Positions 57,718 to 60,332 of a stretch of 60,332 bases of DNA are shown here, piece after piece. Source of the stretch: Candidatus Poseidoniaceae archaeon (lineage in GTDB: Archaea; Thermoplasmatota; Poseidoniia; Poseidoniales; Poseidoniaceae); the NCBI GenBank assembly GCA_049606035.1, contig JBMYVD010000006.1, forward strand, positions 1 through 60,332, given 5' to 3'. A program made the translations under genes and the position numbers. Below the pieces are notes generated by a model that saw nothing but the letters and a program-made list of their open reading frames with translations, had not been told where the DNA came from and searched no databases. Every line of letters starts with the position of its first letter. Positions within the stretch are counted from its first letter, which is position 1.

Positions 57718-58362
57718 TTACAATCCAGAGGCCAACCAAGCGGGTGATGGACCCCAACCTGTGTTGTCACCGCCATGAACTTTGACGAGTTTTCCAGACC
57801 TGAACATGGCTTCCAAAAATAGTTCGAGTTCCATGCCTTCTCTGTCACCTAGGTAGTCGCTCGCAGCTAAAGCAATCGTTTCCGTTGTTATTGCTGTAAC
57901 TCCATGAGTTCTTACCGCAATCCTGAGTAATTCTTTGAGCCACGCTTCAGCCATTGGGTCCTTCACCATTGGACCTTGAGCGGGCAGAGGCTCTTCGATA
58001 TCTTGCAATTGTTCTCTCAACTGATCGGCGGTTGGCCGAACTGGTCGTTCGAGTCCAACCTCAACTAATTTTGCTGCTAAATCCAATTCTCCAATTGGTC
58101 TTCGAATTACTGGGATTCTAGATGGGTCTGGTTCTGGACCCATGTCCTTTGGTTTTTCCTCAGGCATCGAAATATCACTTGCAAAACCGGAGTTCGACAA
58201 AGAGGTGCTATCCACCGCCATTGGCATTGCCCAACCCACTTTGGAAAGGCCGAGTTCTGAGACTATGCTGCGGACCCAATCCGCCTCTCCTTCAAGCAGA
58301 ACATCGACGTCATCATCATCGCTACGAAATCGGTAGCGAATGAAACCTCGAAGGTCCTGCAT
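57718..58362 (-). CDS. Hypothetical protein (possible C-terminal winged helix)
   Basis: 214-aa ORF between acnA and the surface protein, same strand. Confidence 0.65.
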   Translation of the reverse strand: MQDLRGFIRYRFRSDDDDVDVLLEGEADWVRSIVSELGLSKVGWAMPMAVDSTSLSNSGFASDISMPEEKPKDMGPEPDPSRIPVIRRPIGELDLAAKLVEVGLERPVRPTADQLREQLQDIEEPLPAQGPMVKDPMAEAWLKELLRIAVRTHGVTAITTETIALAASDYLGDREGMELELFLEAMFRSGKLVKVHGGDNTGWGPSPAWLASGL

Positions 58363-58400
58363 AGTACATCCCTAATGGTAAGAGGAAATCAAACCACCGG

Positions 58401-60332
58401 TTACTGGGCTAGATTTCTGAGTACAGTGTGAAGGATTCCACCATTTCGATAGTAATCAACCTCAACTGGAGTATCTAAGCGTACATCAACTGTAAATTCA
58501 ACAGAAGTTCCATCAGATTTGTTAGCTGTGACAATTAATTCTTGCAAGGCTTGTACGTCATCGGTAACAGGGATATCATACGATTCAGTTCCGTCTAATC
58601 CCAGTGAATCTGCATCTTGACCCTCCTTGAAAGTCAGGGGAAGAACGCCCATTCCAACTAGGTTTGACCTGTGAATTCTTTCAAATGATGTTGCGATTAC
58701 TGCCTTTACTCCTAGCAAATAGGTGCCTTTTGCAGCCCAGTCTCTGCTACTTCCAGTCCCATATTGTGAACCTGCTAGTACGACCATAGGACCGTCATTG
58801 TCCATCGCGGCTTCAAAGACCGAAGAAACCTCTCCAGTCTTGTGATTTAGAGCATATCCACCCTCTGTCCCTGGAGCCATTTGGTTGCGAACTCTCACGT
58901 TAGCGAATGTTCCTCGCATCATAATTTCGTGATTACCTCGTCTGCTACCGAATGAGTTGAAGTCGCCCTGTTCGACACCCCTCTCTGTAAGCCACTTTCC
59001 TGCAGGACCATCTGCTGGGAATGCTCCTGCTGGAGAGATGTGGTCGGTTGTGATTGAATCGCCGAGTTTTAACAGAACTTTCGCGCCGTGAATGGATTCA
59101 ATTGGCTTCGCTTCCTTGGACAAACCTTGGAAGAAAGAAGGAAGGCGGATGTAAGTAGAATCTTCTTGCCACGGATACAGTGGGGAAGCTTCGCTTGGTA
59201 TTGAGTCCCAACGTGGCTCTTGCATTACAGTCGCATATCTCTCACGGAACATTTCAGGTGTGATTTTTGCCATCGCTGCGCTCAATTGCTCATCTGATGG
59301 CCATACGTCAGAAAGCATGACCGCCTCACCCATTCTGTCAAATCCTATCGGTTCAGTTGTCAAATCAACATTCAGATTTCCTGCTATTGCATATGCGACA
59401 ACCAAAGGAGGGCTTGCTAGGTAGGAAGCCTTTACCTTTTGATGGACTCTTCCTTCGAAGTTACGGTTACCTGAAATTACGGAACCTACAATCAAATTAG
59501 ATTCATCGATTGCAGCCTCAATATCTGAATCGAGCGGACCAGAGTTTCCGATACAGGTTGTACATCCGTATCCAACATTGTTGAATCCAAGCGCTGCTAG
59601 GTCCTTATCGAGACCATTTGCCTCATAATATTCGGTAACAACTCTTGAACCGGGTGCTAATGAAGTCTTGACCCACGGCTTTACCATAAGTCCACGCTCC
59701 CTTGCATTTCTTGCCAATAGTCCTGCAGCAAGCATAACTCCTGGGTTAGATGTGTTGGTACAGGAAGTAATTGCAGCGATTACAACATCGCCGTGATTGA
59801 GGTCATAATCGTTGCCAACAAGTGATGATTTTGACAGGTCTGCCTGCGACAGGCCATGTCCTTGGTGTCCGACTTCGTGAGTTAGTGACTCTTCGAAGTG
59901 AGATGCCATGTTTGACAAATCAACTCTGTCTTGAGGACGCTTCGGACCTGCTAGCGCAGGTTCAACAGTGGACAAATCCAATTCGAGAAGTGCGGTGTAA
60001 CTCTTTTCTGGAGCACTTGAATCATACCATAGGCCTTGAGCCTTACAGTAAGCTTCTACTCCTGCAATATCCTCTTCGGTTCTACCTGAGAGTCTCATGT
60101 AGGATAGAGTATTATCGTCAACTGGGAAGAAACCACAGGTTGCGCCGTATTCAGGAGCCATGTTTGCAATCGTTGCACGGTCTGGGAGTGATAATGCAGC
60201 CACTCCTTGGCCAAAGAATTCTACGAATTTGCCAACAACTCCGTGCTCACGGAGCATTTCTACGATTCTAAGCGTCATGTCCGTGGCAGTTACTCCTGCG
60301 TTCAGAGAACCAGTTAAGCGGAAACCGACAAC
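58401..60332 (-). CDS. acnA: Aconitate hydratase A, 5'-partial
   Basis: AAITSCTNTSNP, GYGCTTCIGNSG, SGNRNFEGR, TTDHISPAG and GSSRDWAAKG; frame open to the window end. Confidence 0.97.
   Translation of the reverse strand, partial: VVGFRLTGSLNAGVTATDMTLRIVEMLREHGVVGKFVEFFGQGVAALSLPDRATIANMAPEYGATCGFFPVDDNTLSYMRLSGRTEEDIAGVEAYCKAQGLWYDSSAPEKSYTALLELDLSTVEPALAGPKRPQDRVDLSNMASHFEESLTHEVGHQGHGLSQADLSKSSLVGNDYDLNHGDVVIAAITSCTNTSNPGVMLAAGLLARNARERGLMVKPWVKTSLAPGSRVVTEYYEANGLDKDLAALGFNNVGYGCTTCIGNSGPLDSDIEAAIDESNLIVGSVISGNRNFEGRVHQKVKASYLASPPLVVAYAIAGNLNVDLTTEPIGFDRMGEAVMLSDVWPSDEQLSAAMAKITPEMFRERYATVMQEPRWDSIPSEASPLYPWQEDSTYIRLPSFFQGLSKEAKPIESIHGAKVLLKLGDSITTDHISPAGAFPADGPAGKWLTERGVEQGDFNSFGSRRGNHEIMMRGTFANVRVRNQMAPGTEGGYALNHKTGEVSSVFEAAMDNDGPMVVLAGSQYGTGSSRDWAAKGTYLLGVKAVIATSFERIHRSNLVGMGVLPLTFKEGQDADSLGLDGTESYDIPVTDDVQALQELIVTANKSDGTSVEFTVDVRLDTPVEVDYYRNGGILHTVLRNLAQ

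Noticed and set aside
282-60271. Numerous 60-150 aa ORFs overlapping the called genes on other frames or strands
   Set aside because: They overlap well-supported genes, have no motifs, and look like typical antisense or frame shadows

Overview
Gene-dense (~49 CDS) archaeal chromosomal segment with no rRNA, tRNA, CRISPR or mobile element seen. Archaeal-type genes (DHQ synthase II, GHMP shikimate kinase, RibL, Gar1 domain) mix with bacterial-type genes (orn, gpsA, PlsC-like, RibE, GST) and many large anchored surface proteins. This suggests a Marine Group II euryarchaeote (Ca. Poseidoniales); that assignment is an inference. Contents in order: aro/aspartate kinase operon, MoxR-DUF58 cluster, three-subunit HcrCAB-like molybdoenzyme with XdhC/MocA/MoeB nearby, S8 protease, 1362-aa polytopic membrane protein, fused E1 dehydrogenase, mosaic rib operon, gpsA, a PhnDCE-like ABC operon, ahcY, a 2180-aa FG-GAP surface protein and partial acnA. 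Best candidate for an undescribed system: the PhnD-like lipoprotein (42110-43306) reads as a single transferrin lobe with a nearly intact Fe3+/carbonate ligand set (E93, Y122, Y222, H281, T159, K163). Its promoter is flanked by two DtxR/MntR-type TTAGG-N4-CCTAA boxes, so this looks like an iron-regulated transferrin-ABC uptake system that would be annotated as phosphonate transport. Second highlight: a Gar1 domain fused to an RG/RD low-complexity region and two FUS/ZRANB2-like RanBP2 zinc fingers (47879-48670). All calls come from motif recognition; no searches were run.
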